From Thermoanaerobaculia bacterium (lineage in GTDB: Bacteria; Acidobacteriota; Thermoanaerobaculia; UBA5066), in assembly GCA_963719225.1 (NCBI GenBank), contig CAVRAY010000001.1:3584001-3648000 (forward strand): DNA of 64,000 bases. Reading direction: 5' to 3'. Under the pieces are notes generated by a model that searched no databases, was not told the origin of the DNA, and was given only the letters and a program-made list of their open reading frames with translations. A program made the translations under genes and the position numbers. This document shows, piece after piece, positions 45,966-57,274 of this stretch (positions are counted from its first letter, which is position 1; every line of letters begins with the position of its first letter).

Positions 45966-47267
45966 TCAGAACGTCGACTTGATGGTGACGCTCGGCAGGA
46001 TCGCGAACGTGTTATAGGTGGCGCTGAAGTTGTCCTTGCTCGTCGTGATCGTCCTCTCGTGGAACCAGAGGAAGAGGCTCGAGAACTGGAATTCGAAGTG
46101 CTTCGAGACGGCGATCCCCGCTCCGATCGTGCCGCCCGTGCGGTTCGCGTCCGGCAGGAACGGCCCGGCGTCGGCATCGGGCTGCGGCGTCTGGTCGTAG
46201 ACGAAGCCGCCCGCGACCCAGCTCGAGCCCATCCTGTAGGTCAGGCCCGCTCGAATGGCCCACGTGTTCTCCCACCCGTGCGTCAGGACCGAGTCGGGAA
46301 GCCCTTCGATCCGGAGAACGGTCTGGTCGAAGACCTTCCACGTCGTGTAGTTCCCGTCAGCCTCGAGCGTCAGATTCGGCGTGACGTCGTACGCGATGCC
46401 GAACATCGTGACGGAGGGGAACTGGATCGTCGTCCGGGCCGGCACGTGCCTGTGGAAGGGCAGCGACTGCCTCACCGCGGCGTCGAACTGGGCGTTCCCC
46501 GTGGAAATCTGTCCGAAATCCGCCGGCCCCTCGAGGTCGACGTCCATGTGCGAGTGATAGGAGACGCCGAACCGTAAGCGCTCGCAGGGCTTGACGAGTA
46601 GACCCGCGGCGAGCCCAGCCTTGATCGGCGTCCCCTCGGACACGATGCTCACGTGTGCGATGTCCACGACGCGCTGCGTGAACGGATTCACGGCGGAGAC
46701 GTTTCGGCTGAGCTGCACGTCCGTGAAGCGGACCTCGGGGCCGCCTCCGATCGCGAGCCAGTCCGTCAGCTTGAAGGCGAGCTGGACGGACACCGCGAGC
46801 TGGCGCAGGTCGACACGCTGATTGAGGTAACGGCCCGCAAACGTTTCGGGGTCCTGCCAGGGCACGCCGAGGCCGTTCGGCGACCAGAATCCGCCCGAGA
46901 GCTTCACGCTGTCGCTCAGCGGAAGCACGAGGTACCCGTGTCCGATCGCGTAGAGCGTCTTCCTCATGTTCGTCGAGTAGCCGTCGCCCGGGTACGGGCT
47001 GAGGCCGTCGAGGTGGGCGGTGGGCCGGAGGATGACGAACCCGCCGCCCTCCAGGGTGAAGTGATCGACGAAGGCGTTTCCGGCGGGGTTGAAGAACATC
47101 GCCGAAGGGTCGTCTGCCGTGGCGGTGAAGGCCCCGCCCACCGCGTTACCTTTGGAGCCCTGCTCGAAGAGAGCGAAGCCCGCCGCCTCGAGGCGGCCCG
47201 CCGACCCGGCGGCCACGAGGCCGACGAGCACACAAGCCGTCAGCCGGTTGCGAATCGATTTGAACAC
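45966..47267 (-). CDS. FadL/OmpP1/TodX outer-membrane long-chain fatty acid transporter
   Basis: AGFALFEQG, 'ADDPSAMFFNPAG', PDANR, terminal Phe; GGAGG RBS before GTG 47267. Confidence 0.9.
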   Translation of the reverse strand: MFKSIRNRLTACVLVGLVAAGSAGRLEAAGFALFEQGSKGNAVGGAFTATADDPSAMFFNPAGNAFVDHFTLEGGGFVILRPTAHLDGLSPYPGDGYSTNMRKTLYAIGHGYLVLPLSDSVKLSGGFWSPNGLGVPWQDPETFAGRYLNQRVDLRQLAVSVQLAFKLTDWLAIGGGPEVRFTDVQLSRNVSAVNPFTQRVVDIAHVSIVSEGTPIKAGLAAGLLVKPCERLRFGVSYHSHMDVDLEGPADFGQISTGNAQFDAAVRQSLPFHRHVPARTTIQFPSVTMFGIAYDVTPNLTLEADGNYTTWKVFDQTVLRIEGLPDSVLTHGWENTWAIRAGLTYRMGSSWVAGGFVYDQTPQPDADAGPFLPDANRTGGTIGAGIAVSKHFEFQFSSLFLWFHERTITTSKDNFSATYNTFAILPSVTIKSTF

Positions 47268-47385
47268 CGGTTCCTCCTTCACGTCACACTGAGAAGCGAA
47301 GCTGATTGTTGACATTCTGACAGATAACGCGGATTTTTTTGCCGGGACGCGGGAGAGTCAAGCTCTATCTGGAAGCGAATCATTC

Positions 47386-49200
47386 TCATTGCGAATCGCG
47401 CGTGCGTGAAGCCAGGAAACCCACCGCGACGGCGCCCGGGCCCGCATGAGCGGCGAGAGCCGGTGCGACTTCAACGAGAAACGCATCCGAGCCCGGGCGG
47501 CGCGAGAGGAGCTCTTCCGCGATGCGGCCTGCGAGCCGCGACGCCTCGAAGTGGGCGACGCCCCACGTCGGCGACGCGAGACCGCGGGTCCTCGCGAGAG
47601 CCTTCTCGACGAGCTTCGCGCATGCCCTTGGAAAGCCGCGGGAAGCACCGCCGGCCCGGGGGCGCCCCGTGCGGTCGAGCGTCAGGAGCGGGACGACGCC
47701 CAACGCCCTGGCGAGAGCGCGTTGGCCCGCCGTGACGCGCCCCCCCGCGACGAGCGTGTCGAGCGACGGCACCGCCGCGTAGAGGCGCGCCCGCGAGACC
47801 GCGCCCGAGGCCACGACAATCGTCTCGGCGTGCGTCGCGCCGTTTCGCGCGGCGCGCGCGGCCTCCCGCACGACGAGACCCTGCCCGACGGAGACGTTCC
47901 TCGAGTCGAGGACGGCGACCGGCGCGAAACCCCCCTCGGCGCGGAGCGAGGCCGCGGCCGTGCGGGCCGCGGAGAAGGTGCCCGAGAGCGCGCCCGCGAC
48001 GTGGATCCCGAGCACGGGAGCGCCGTGGGCCGCGAGCGCGCCGTAGACCTCGCGAAAATCCGCGGGCGGAGGCTGGGACGTCTTCGCCACGAACCGGCCT
48101 TCGGCGAGCCGCCGGTGGAACTCGGCCGGGGTGATCGTGACCTTGTCGAGGAAGGTCTCGTCGCCCAGGATGAGCCGGAGCGGCACCACCGTGATCCCCT
48201 CCGACTCGAGATCCGCGTCCGGCAGGTCGCACGCGGAATCCGTCACGACCGCGACGCGGCCTCGTGCGGCGAAGCGGCCCAGGTGCTGCGCGCGCATGTC
48301 CTCGATCTTCGTTTCGCCGACGTCGCCGAAGCGGCGGACGACGTCGAGCGCATCCTCGGGCCGGTTCACGTGGACGTGAACGCGCAGGCGCGACGAGCCG
48401 CCCACGACCGCGATCGAATCGCCGAGCGGCGCGAGGGCGCGGCGCAGGGCGTCGCGGTCGAGCCGCGGTCCCGTCACGAGGGCCTCCGTGCAGTAGCGAA
48501 ACAGGATCGACTCGCGTGCCTCGCGGATCCGCGCCTCGACGCGATCCTCGGGGGGCGGGGCGGGAGCAGGCTTCCCGCGGCCGAATGCCGCCAGAGCCCC
48601 TTCGATAAGGAAGACGAATCCCTGCGCGCCCGCGTCCACGACGCCCGCGCGGCGCAGGACCTCGAGCTGGTCCTTCGTCCGAAGAAGGGCGCGTTTCGCT
48701 TCCGCCGCCGCGAGGGGAAGCAGGACTGCAAAGTCGGCCGTTTCGGGTGCGCGCCGGGCGGCTTCTTCCGCGAAAGCGGCGACGACGCTCAGAATCGTGC
48801 CCTCGCGCGGCTGCGCCATGGCCTCCCGCGCGGCGGTGGCGCCCGCAGCGGCCGCGGCTCCGAATTCCCGCGTCGAGAGCCGCGGCGCGCCGGAGACGGC
48901 CGCGGCGAATCCCTCGAGGAGCTGCGCGAGGATCGCGCCGGAATTCCCCCGCGATCCCATGAGCGCCTCGTCCGCCACAAGGCGCGAAACGCGTCTAATG
49001 TCCCTTACGCGCGACCCGGCGACCGCCGCAGAAACGCGCGCAAGGGTCGCGGCGAGGTTCGAGCCCGTGTCGTTGTCGGCGACGGGAAACACGTTGATGC
49101 GGTCCAGCTCCGCGCGCTCGGCGGCGACGGCGCGGGCACCCGCCACGAGGGCGCGCGCAAGGCGCCGCCCGTCCAGGTACGCGACGCGGACGCGGGGCAT
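47386..49200 (-). CDS. DAK2 (FakA-like) + DegV (FakB-like) fusion, putative fatty acid kinase
   Basis: INVFPVADNDTG, SRGNSG, EGTILSV, VDAG, YCTE, VHVH; DegV motifs TDSACD, KTSQP, LSGT, HAGPG. Confidence 0.88.
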   Translation of the reverse strand: MPRVRVAYLDGRRLARALVAGARAVAAERAELDRINVFPVADNDTGSNLAATLARVSAAVAGSRVRDIRRVSRLVADEALMGSRGNSGAILAQLLEGFAAAVSGAPRLSTREFGAAAAAGATAAREAMAQPREGTILSVVAAFAEEAARRAPETADFAVLLPLAAAEAKRALLRTKDQLEVLRRAGVVDAGAQGFVFLIEGALAAFGRGKPAPAPPPEDRVEARIREARESILFRYCTEALVTGPRLDRDALRRALAPLGDSIAVVGGSSRLRVHVHVNRPEDALDVVRRFGDVGETKIEDMRAQHLGRFAARGRVAVVTDSACDLPDADLESEGITVVPLRLILGDETFLDKVTITPAEFHRRLAEGRFVAKTSQPPPADFREVYGALAAHGAPVLGIHVAGALSGTFSAARTAAASLRAEGGFAPVAVLDSRNVSVGQGLVVREAARAARNGATHAETIVVASGAVSRARLYAAVPSLDTLVAGGRVTAGQRALARALGVVPLLTLDRTGRPRAGGASRGFPRACAKLVEKALARTRGLASPTWGVAHFEASRLAGRIAEELLSRRPGSDAFLVEVAPALAAHAGPGAVAVGFLASRTRDSQ

Positions 49201-49318
49201 TCAGAGAATTCTAGTGAGAAGAGAAGATTTTCTCAGAAGGTAAAGATACAGATGGCCCAGCAAACTGCGGCGCCAAATATTCACTTTCTAAGAAATCTTT
49301 TTCCCTCTTTCTCTCTCT

Positions 49319-50854
49319 TTACTTGACCGGCGCCCTGAGGACCGGAGCGAAGTTTCCGTGTTTCGAGGCTTCGCGCGCCGTCGCCGCGTCGTCGAGCCGG
49401 CCGACCGGGGTCGTGTGCGGAGCGGACGTGACGATGCCCGGTGACTCTTCGCACTCCTTCGCGATCGCGATCATCGCGTCCGCGAACGCGTCGAGCTCGT
49501 CCTTCCCCTCGGACTCGGTCGGCTCGATCATGAGCGCGCCAGGCACGATGAGCGGAAACGACATCGTGGGCGGATGGAAGCCGAAATCCATGAGGCGCTT
49601 GGCGATGTCGATGTTGTGCACGCCCATCGCCGCCTGGCGGTGGTCCGAGAAGACGATCTCGTGGAAGCTCGGCGCGTCGTACTTCAGGTGATAGAAGGGC
49701 TCGAGCCGCTTGCGCAGGTAGTTCGCGTTCAGGACGGCGTTCTCGGCCACCTCGTGGATCGAGTTCCCGTAGGAGAGGATGTACGTGAGGGCCCTTACGA
49801 GGACGCCAAAGTTTCCGTAGAACGCGCGCATCTTCCCGATCGAGTCGGGCCGGTCGTAGTCCAGCCGGAACCCCTCCCCCGCCCGCTCGACCGTGGGCAC
49901 GGGAAGGAAGGGCACGAGGGACGCGCCCACGCCGACGGGACCCGCTCCCGGACCGCCGCCGCCGTGCGGGGTCGAGAACGTCTTGTGCAGGTTCATGTGC
50001 ATGACGTCGACGCCCATGTCGGCCGGCCGCACCTTGCCCACGAACGCGTTGAAGTTCGCGCCGTCGAGGTAGAGGTACGCGCCCTTCCCGTGCACGATCT
50101 TCGCGACGTCGAGGATCCGTTCCTCGAAGACCCCGAGCGTGTTCGGCACGGTGATCATGAGGGCGGCGACGTCGTCGGTGACCTTTGCTTCGAGCTCGGA
50201 AAGGTCGACCGTCCCCCGCCGGGACGATCCGAGCTCGACGACCGAGTAACCCGCGAAATGGGCGGTCGCGGGATTCGTGCCGTGCGCGGAGTCGGGCACG
50301 AGAACGTGCTTGCGCGCGTTGCCCGCCTTCACGTGCGCGGCGCGAATCATGAGGGCGCCCGCGAGCTCGCCGTTAGCGCCCGCAGAAGGCTGGAGCGTGA
50401 CGCGCGCGAATCCCGTGAGCGTCTTCAGCGCCTCCTCGAGCCGGAAGAGCAGCTCGAGATTGCCCTGCGAGAGGTGCTCGGGGGCGTAGGGATGCGTGTC
50501 GTTGAAGCCGGGGAGCCGCGCGATCTCCTCGTTGATCCTCGGGTTGTGCTTCATCGTGCACGACCCGAGCGAGTAGAGCGCCGTGTCGATCGCGAAGTTC
50601 AGCTGCGAGAGGCGCGTGAAGTGCCTCACGACGTCGACTTCGGAGGCTTCCACCTCGCCCTCGACGACCGGGCGGTGCTCTTTCCCATAGAGGGCGGCCG
50701 GATCGGCCTCGGGCACGTCGAGCGGCGGGAAGAGCACGCCGACACGCCCAGCACGGGGGGCGTCGAAGAGTGAGCCGAAACGCCGCCGCCGGTCGAGGCG
50801 GGCGTCGGCGCGCACGAGGGGCTCCGGAGAGGTGAGTGTGCCGTGATCGCTCAT
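49319..50854 (-). CDS. gcvPB: Glycine dehydrogenase (decarboxylating) subunit 2
   Basis: LGSCTMKHNP, SAHGTNPA, NLHKTFSTPHGGGGPG, EPTESE; TGATG overlap with gcvPA. Confidence 0.95.
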   Translation of the reverse strand: MSDHGTLTSPEPLVRADARLDRRRRFGSLFDAPRAGRVGVLFPPLDVPEADPAALYGKEHRPVVEGEVEASEVDVVRHFTRLSQLNFAIDTALYSLGSCTMKHNPRINEEIARLPGFNDTHPYAPEHLSQGNLELLFRLEEALKTLTGFARVTLQPSAGANGELAGALMIRAAHVKAGNARKHVLVPDSAHGTNPATAHFAGYSVVELGSSRRGTVDLSELEAKVTDDVAALMITVPNTLGVFEERILDVAKIVHGKGAYLYLDGANFNAFVGKVRPADMGVDVMHMNLHKTFSTPHGGGGPGAGPVGVGASLVPFLPVPTVERAGEGFRLDYDRPDSIGKMRAFYGNFGVLVRALTYILSYGNSIHEVAENAVLNANYLRKRLEPFYHLKYDAPSFHEIVFSDHRQAAMGVHNIDIAKRLMDFGFHPPTMSFPLIVPGALMIEPTESEGKDELDAFADAMIAIAKECEESPGIVTSAPHTTPVGRLDDAATAREASKHGNFAPVLRAPVK

Positions 50855-52212
50855 CAGAAGGACCTCAATGTGTCGAGGAGGGCGTCGAGGCCGCTGCGCG
50901 GCGTCCGCTCCGTCACCGCCACGAGAAGGAGATCCCGGTACGCCGTCGCCCCGGGGTCGAGCCGCGTGTACGGGACGCCCGCGAGAACCTTCCGCGCCTC
51001 GGCTCGGCGCAGGACCTCGGCCACCGGGACCCCGCAATGCAGCGCGAACTCGTTGAACGTCTTTCCGGAGAAGGCGACGGAGAACGGCCCAGGAATCGCC
51101 TTGATGGAAGCTTTCAGGTACTCGGCCTTCGAGAGGCACTGGACGGCCGTCTCCCTCAGGCCCTTCTTGCCGAGAACGGAGAGCGTCATCGTGGCCGCGA
51201 GCGCGAACAGCCCCTGGTTCGTGCAGATGTTCGACGTGGCCCTCTCGCGGCGGATGTGCTGCTCGCGCGTGGACAGCGTCAGGCAGAAGCCCGTTCTGCC
51301 GTCGGCATCCGTCGCGCGCCCGACGAGGCGGCCGGGAATCTGCCTCTTCGCGGCGTCGCGGCACGCGAGGAATCCCACGAGCGGTCCGCCGAACGAGGGC
51401 GCGAGGCCGAAGGAAGCGGCCTCTCCGCACGCGATGTCGATGCCCGCGGCTCCGGGCGGCTCGAGGATCGCGAGCGAGAACATCTCGTTCACGACCCCGA
51501 TCGCGAGCGCTTCGTGAGCGTGGGCCGCGTCGGCGGCGGCCCGCCAGCCCTCGACGACGCCGAACACGTTGGGAGACTGGACGCAGACCGCGAACGTCGT
51601 GTCGTCGGCCGCAGCCGCGAGCGCGCCGGCGTCGGTCGCGCCGTCCTTTCCGAGCGGGACCTCGACGATCGAGAACGGGAAGTTCGCGAGGTACGTGCGG
51701 AGGCACTGCCGGTAGACGGGATGCACGCCCGCGGAGACGAGGACCTTCGACTTCTTTTTCGTGAGGCGCTCGGCCATGAGAACCGCCTCGACGAAGGCCG
51801 ACGCGCCCTCGTACATCGACGCGTTCGCGACGTCCATTCCCGTCAGGAGCGCCATGTGCGTCTGGAACTCGTAGATTGCCGTCAGCGTGCCTTGCGCGAC
51901 CTCGGCCTGGTACGGCGTGTAGGACGTCAGGAACTCGCCGCGCAGAAGGAGCTGCGAGACGAAAGCGGGGGAATGGTGGCTGTACAGGCCCGCGCCCAGG
52001 AAGGACGTCCAGTCTCCGAGGTTCGCGTTTTTCGCAGAGAGCCGGCCCAGGTCCCGCCGCACCTCGATCTCGGAGGCGGGACGCGGAAGGTCGGGCGGCT
52101 CTCTGCGGTAGACGGCCCGCGGCACGGTTGCGAAAAGATCGTCGATCGACGCCGCGCCGACCGTCGCGAGAAGGGATTCCCGCTCGGCGGGGCTGTTCGG
52201 GATGTAGCGCAT
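50854..52212 (-). CDS. gcvPA: Glycine dehydrogenase subunit 1
   Basis: FLGAG, YTPYQAEVAQG, NASMY, REQHIRRERATSNICTNQ. Confidence 0.95.
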   Translation of the reverse strand: MRYIPNSPAERESLLATVGAASIDDLFATVPRAVYRREPPDLPRPASEIEVRRDLGRLSAKNANLGDWTSFLGAGLYSHHSPAFVSQLLLRGEFLTSYTPYQAEVAQGTLTAIYEFQTHMALLTGMDVANASMYEGASAFVEAVLMAERLTKKKSKVLVSAGVHPVYRQCLRTYLANFPFSIVEVPLGKDGATDAGALAAAADDTTFAVCVQSPNVFGVVEGWRAAADAAHAHEALAIGVVNEMFSLAILEPPGAAGIDIACGEAASFGLAPSFGGPLVGFLACRDAAKRQIPGRLVGRATDADGRTGFCLTLSTREQHIRRERATSNICTNQGLFALAATMTLSVLGKKGLRETAVQCLSKAEYLKASIKAIPGPFSVAFSGKTFNEFALHCGVPVAEVLRRAEARKVLAGVPYTRLDPGATAYRDLLLVAVTERTPRSGLDALLDTLRSF

Positions 52213-52276
52213 CTCGTCGTGTCCTCCCCGGCACCCGTTACGCCGAAGGCCGGGGCGCCGGATGTCGTTCTCCCGC

Positions 52277-52672
52277 TCAGGCCTTGGCTTCCTCTTCCAC
52301 GAACTTCTCGTAATCGGCCGCGTTGAGGAGCGTGTCCATCTCGGCGTCCGAGGAGAGCTTGATCTTCACGATCCACCCGTCGCCGTGCGGATCCTCGTTC
52401 ACCGCTCCGGGCTCGTCCGCGAGGACCGTGTTCAGCTCGATGATCTCGCCCGCGACCGGCAGGAACAGCTCGGAGACCGCTTTCACGGATTCGATCGTTC
52501 CGAATTCCTGGCCCGCGTCGAAGATCTCGCCCACATCGGGCAAGTCGACGAAGACGACCTCCCCGAGCTCCTTCTGCGCGTGATCGCTGATCCCGATCGT
52601 CCCCACGTCGCCGTCGACGCGGATCCACTCGTGGCTCCGGGAATAGCGGCGATCGTCCGGGTAAACGCTCAT
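52277..52672 (-). CDS. gcvH: Glycine cleavage system H protein
   Basis: HEW, GISDHAQ, ESVKAVS (lipoyl-Lys). Confidence 0.96.
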   Translation of the reverse strand: MSVYPDDRRYSRSHEWIRVDGDVGTIGISDHAQKELGEVVFVDLPDVGEIFDAGQEFGTIESVKAVSELFLPVAGEIIELNTVLADEPGAVNEDPHGDGWIVKIKLSSDAEMDTLLNAADYEKFVEEEAKA

Positions 52673-52690
52673 GTTGCTCTCCTGAAGGCT

Positions 52691-53803
<1,113 letters not shown>

Positions 53804-53879
53804 TGCGCGCGGGACTCTACGGTACCCTCCGGGCCCCGTCAACAGAACGGGTGCATCAGGACGCGGCGATAATCCCTCG

Positions 53880-54800
53880 ATGGCCGCGCCTCTCGAAAGC
53901 GATGCCGCCACCCTCGCCGGTGCGCGGCCGCGAAGGCGCTTCGCGGCGGGAGACGAGTTCCGGGACACCGAGGCGGGCTCGCTTCATCTCTTCCTCGAGG
54001 GCCGTGCGACGCTGCTCGCCGAGACTCCGTTCGGGCCGCATCCGGTCGCGGATCTCGCGGCGCCCGCGCTCCTCGACCTGCGCGCGTCGTTCGGCGGCAC
54101 CCCGGGCGTCGCGCGCGTCGTGCCCGCGCCCGGAAGCATCGCCGCGTGGTTTCCCGCGGACGAAGCGCGCGTTCTCCTCTTCGATACGGGCTCTTCGGGC
54201 AGCGCTTTCCGCAGGCTCGCGCTCGCGAGCCTCACGGCCGCGCTCCGCGAAACGAACGCCTCTCTCGGCCGGTTCTTCGACGAAGTCTCGTCGCCCTCCT
54301 CTCGCGAGCTGGCGCCGAAGATCGCCACGACCGAGGACGGTGCGATCGACCCGGCGCGCGCGCGCGACCTGTTCGAGACGGCGGGCCTGGACCCGAAGCT
54401 CCTGCCGGCGCTCGGACTCGTCGCGCGTACCGTCCTTCCGGGGGCCGCTCTCCTGGTCGCGGGCGAGCGCGGGGAAGAGGTGTTTCTCGTCGCCGAGGGC
54501 AGGCTTCGCGTTTCGCTCGAGATCGCGGGGGGAGAAGAGGCCCTCGCCATCCTCGGGCGCGGCGAAATCGCCGGCGAGATGGCGCTCGTGGACGACGCGC
54601 CGCGCTCGGCGACCGTGTTCGCTCACGGAGGACCCGCCGTCGTCTACGTCCTGACGCGCGCGGTGTTCCGCGACCTCCTGGCTTCGGGCGCTCCGGAGGG
54701 CGCCGCGCTTCTCGCGGGCATCGCGCTGGTCCTGACGCGGCGGCTCGAAGAGGCGATCAAGAAGGCCGCGAGCTTTCGCATCCTCGCGGGCCCGATCTGA
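53880..54800 (+). CDS. Cyclic nucleotide-binding domain protein (two cNMP-like domains)
   Basis: '[19 protein letters not shown]' phosphate-binding cassette; degenerate N-terminal copy. Confidence 0.75.
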   Translation: MAAPLESDAATLAGARPRRRFAAGDEFRDTEAGSLHLFLEGRATLLAETPFGPHPVADLAAPALLDLRASFGGTPGVARVVPAPGSIAAWFPADEARVLLFDTGSSGSAFRRLALASLTAALRETNASLGRFFDEVSSPSSRELAPKIATTEDGAIDPARARDLFETAGLDPKLLPALGLVARTVLPGAALLVAGERGEEVFLVAEGRLRVSLEIAGGEEALAILGRGEIAGEMALVDDAPRSATVFAHGGPAVVYVLTRAVFRDLLASGAPEGAALLAGIALVLTRRLEEAIKKAASFRILAGPI

Positions 54801-54806
54801 CCTGGG

Positions 54807-56885
54807 TCACATCTTCTTGAGCTTTTCCTTGATGTTCGCGCGAACCTCGCCGGCCGCGGGGCCCACGAGGATCCGCAGCGACTTCGACTCGTACCCGGGT
54901 GCGGTCAGGAGGACCTCGTAAACCGCCATGTCGGCGAACTGCAGGTCCTCCTTCGCGAACTTCGACGCGGGCCCCACGTTGCGGCCGTTCACCGAGACCA
55001 TCGCGTCGGACGGCGTGACGTTGAACACGGCATCGCGCACCGTGCGGTAGCTCGGGCGCTTGAGCTTGCCTTCGGGACCCGTCGGCCCCTCGGGCGTTCC
55101 CTTTTCGAGCCTTTGGTCGATCGTGACGTTGTCGTCGGTGGCCGTCGATCGCACGATGAGCTCTACGTTGAGGTCGCGATGCTCCGGCGCGCAGAGCCGG
55201 AGCCGATGGGTGCCCTCGAGGTTGAACGCGAGAAGTGAGCCTCCGCCGGAATCGTCCCAGTCGTCGGAGATGCCGATGTACCGCCCGTCGAGATAGACGC
55301 GCGCCTGACTCGGCGAGACGTCGACCTTGAGGAACCGGCGGATCGTGACCGTGAGGTCGGCGGGCTTCTGCCGGGGCGCTCTCGTGGGTGTGGGGACGGC
55401 GGCTGCGGCGGTGGCCGTCGTCGCCGCTTCCAGGGGCGTGACCTTCAGCCGCGCCTTCTTCGCAGGTTGGGCGGTCGGCGAGGCGTCGGGGACCGGCGTC
55501 TCGACGATCGCCACCGCCGGACCGGCGGTCGAAGGGACGGCCAGGCTGGGTGACTTCGTGGCCGGCGGAGGGGGGGGCGGGATCGGAGCGAGAGCCGGGA
55601 TGGGCGTTATCGGCGCCGACGTCGGAACGGGCGGGATCTCGACGCCTTCCTTGTCGCTCTTTTTCGAGAGCACGAGCATGCCGAGGACGAGCGCCGCCGC
55701 GGCGAGGACGCCGCCCCCGAGGACGGCAGGCGAGAGTCTTTTCTTTTTCAGGGTGGGGGCTGGCGGCGCGGCGCCTGAGCTTTTCGCGATGACTTCGCCC
55801 ATGCGGCGGCCGGTCGTGATCGTGGGCGATTCCGAGTCCGGGTCGTGCGGGATCACGGCCGGGATCGGAGGCCGGGCGGGAACCACCGGCGAACCCGGTT
55901 CCTCGAACGGCATCGAGGGGGGCGGCGTGACGCGCGTCGGCGCCGTCGAGGTAGGCGGGGCTCCCGCCAGAGGCGCCACGGGCGGCGGCGCTCCCGGCGA
56001 GGAGCGCACGCGCCGGACCTTGCTTTCCGAGAGGCCCGCGGTCGAACCGACGGGCGAGTAACCGAGAATCTCGCGCAGGTCGCCGGCCAGCTCCCCCGCA
56101 TCGGAATAGCGGTTCGCGCGGTCCTTCGCGAGACACTTCTTGAGGATCTCCTTCATACCCTCGGGCACTTCGTTCGTCACCAACCCCGGATCCATCGGCT
56201 CCTCGTGGAGGATCTGGTAGACGAGCGTCGTCAAGGTGTCGGCCGGGAAAGGTTTGCGCAGGGTGAGCGCCTGATAAAGGACGATGCCGAGGGAGAAGAT
56301 GTCCGTCCTCGCGTCCAGCTTTTCGCCCTTGATCTGCTCGGGAGACATGTAGGCGGGAGAGCCCACCATCTGGCCGGTGGACGTGAGCTCGGTGTCTCCC
56401 GTGAGGAGCTTGCCGATTCCGAAGTCCGTGACTTTCGCCGAGAGCGTCGGCGAGAGGAGGATGTTCGCGGGCTTCACGTCTCGGTGGAGGACGCCGCGCT
56501 CGTGCGCGTGCGCCAGCGCCTCGGCGACCTCGGCGACGACGCGGATGCGATCGCGCAGGAGGAAGCCGGCGGGGTCCGTGAGGCGTTGCGAGAAGCTCCC
56601 TCCCTGCACGAGCTCCATCGCGAGGAAGAGCGTGCCCTGGTCCTCGCCGACGTCGAAGACGGTCACGATGTGCGGGTGCTGGAGACGCCCCGAGATGCGC
56701 GCCTCCTTCAGGAACCGCGCTTTCGCCTCGTCGACGCTGAAGCTCTTCTCGCCCGTGTCGAACCGGATGGTCTTCAGGGCGAGCTCACGCTCGATCTGGG
56801 GATCGCGCGCCAGGTAGACGACACCCATGGCGCCGCGGCCCAGCGTGCGCAGGATGACGTATCGGCCGATCTGTTCAGGGCTCAA
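54807..56885 (-). CDS. Membrane Ser/Thr protein kinase with C-terminal PEGA-like domains
   Basis: GRGAMGVV, HRDVKPAN, DFG, YMSPEQ; TM helix; 'VSPSQARVYLDGRYIG' and 'VTPSDAMVSVNG'. Confidence 0.92.
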   Translation of the reverse strand: MSPEQIGRYVILRTLGRGAMGVVYLARDPQIERELALKTIRFDTGEKSFSVDEAKARFLKEARISGRLQHPHIVTVFDVGEDQGTLFLAMELVQGGSFSQRLTDPAGFLLRDRIRVVAEVAEALAHAHERGVLHRDVKPANILLSPTLSAKVTDFGIGKLLTGDTELTSTGQMVGSPAYMSPEQIKGEKLDARTDIFSLGIVLYQALTLRKPFPADTLTTLVYQILHEEPMDPGLVTNEVPEGMKEILKKCLAKDRANRYSDAGELAGDLREILGYSPVGSTAGLSESKVRRVRSSPGAPPPVAPLAGAPPTSTAPTRVTPPPSMPFEEPGSPVVPARPPIPAVIPHDPDSESPTITTGRRMGEVIAKSSGAAPPAPTLKKKRLSPAVLGGGVLAAAALVLGMLVLSKKSDKEGVEIPPVPTSAPITPIPALAPIPPPPPPATKSPSLAVPSTAGPAVAIVETPVPDASPTAQPAKKARLKVTPLEAATTATAAAAVPTPTRAPRQKPADLTVTIRRFLKVDVSPSQARVYLDGRYIGISDDWDDSGGGSLLAFNLEGTHRLRLCAPEHRDLNVELIVRSTATDDNVTIDQRLEKGTPEGPTGPEGKLKRPSYRTVRDAVFNVTPSDAMVSVNGRNVGPASKFAKEDLQFADMAVYEVLLTAPGYESKSLRILVGPAAGEVRANIKEKLKKM

Positions 56886-56909
56886 ACGTTGATGGACTCC
56901 GCGAGGATT

Positions 56910-57245
56910 CTACCCAACGTCTCCCGGCCCTCCCTCGCCGTCGGGCGGAACGTCGCGCGGCCCCTCGTCCGTCTGCAGATCGGAAGAGGTGCCCGGATCC
57001 TTCGCGAAGGCCCGCTCGCGGCTCGCGAGCTCTCTTCGGGCTTCATCCGCGCGCGCCGCGGGCACCGCGACCTCGATCGGGGAAAGATCTTCGCTCTCCG
57101 TCGGCGTCTGATGGAAGCTCCGGTCCACGACGCGCGCCGGGATTCCACGGCTCTCCAGGAAGCCCGCGATCAGGGCCGCCTCCGATTCGTTTGCGGCTGG
57201 TGCGATGCCCTCCCAGCGCTCCTCGCTCTTCGTCTCCTCGGCCAT
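56910..57245 (-). CDS. DUF2007-like small signal-transducing protein
   Basis: 'EAALIAGFLESRGIPA' and 'V.V...ADEARREL'. Confidence 0.65.
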   Translation of the reverse strand: MAEETKSEERWEGIAPAANESEAALIAGFLESRGIPARVVDRSFHQTPTESEDLSPIEVAVPAARADEARRELASRERAFAKDPGTSSDLQTDEGPRDVPPDGEGGPGDVG

Positions 57246-57274
57246 GGCATCTCCTCTTCGGTCTTTCTTCGTGC

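Noticed and set aside
53804-53879. Glycine riboswitch upstream of gcvT
   Set aside because: The intergenic gap is only ~76 nt and has no recognisable aptamer motifs.
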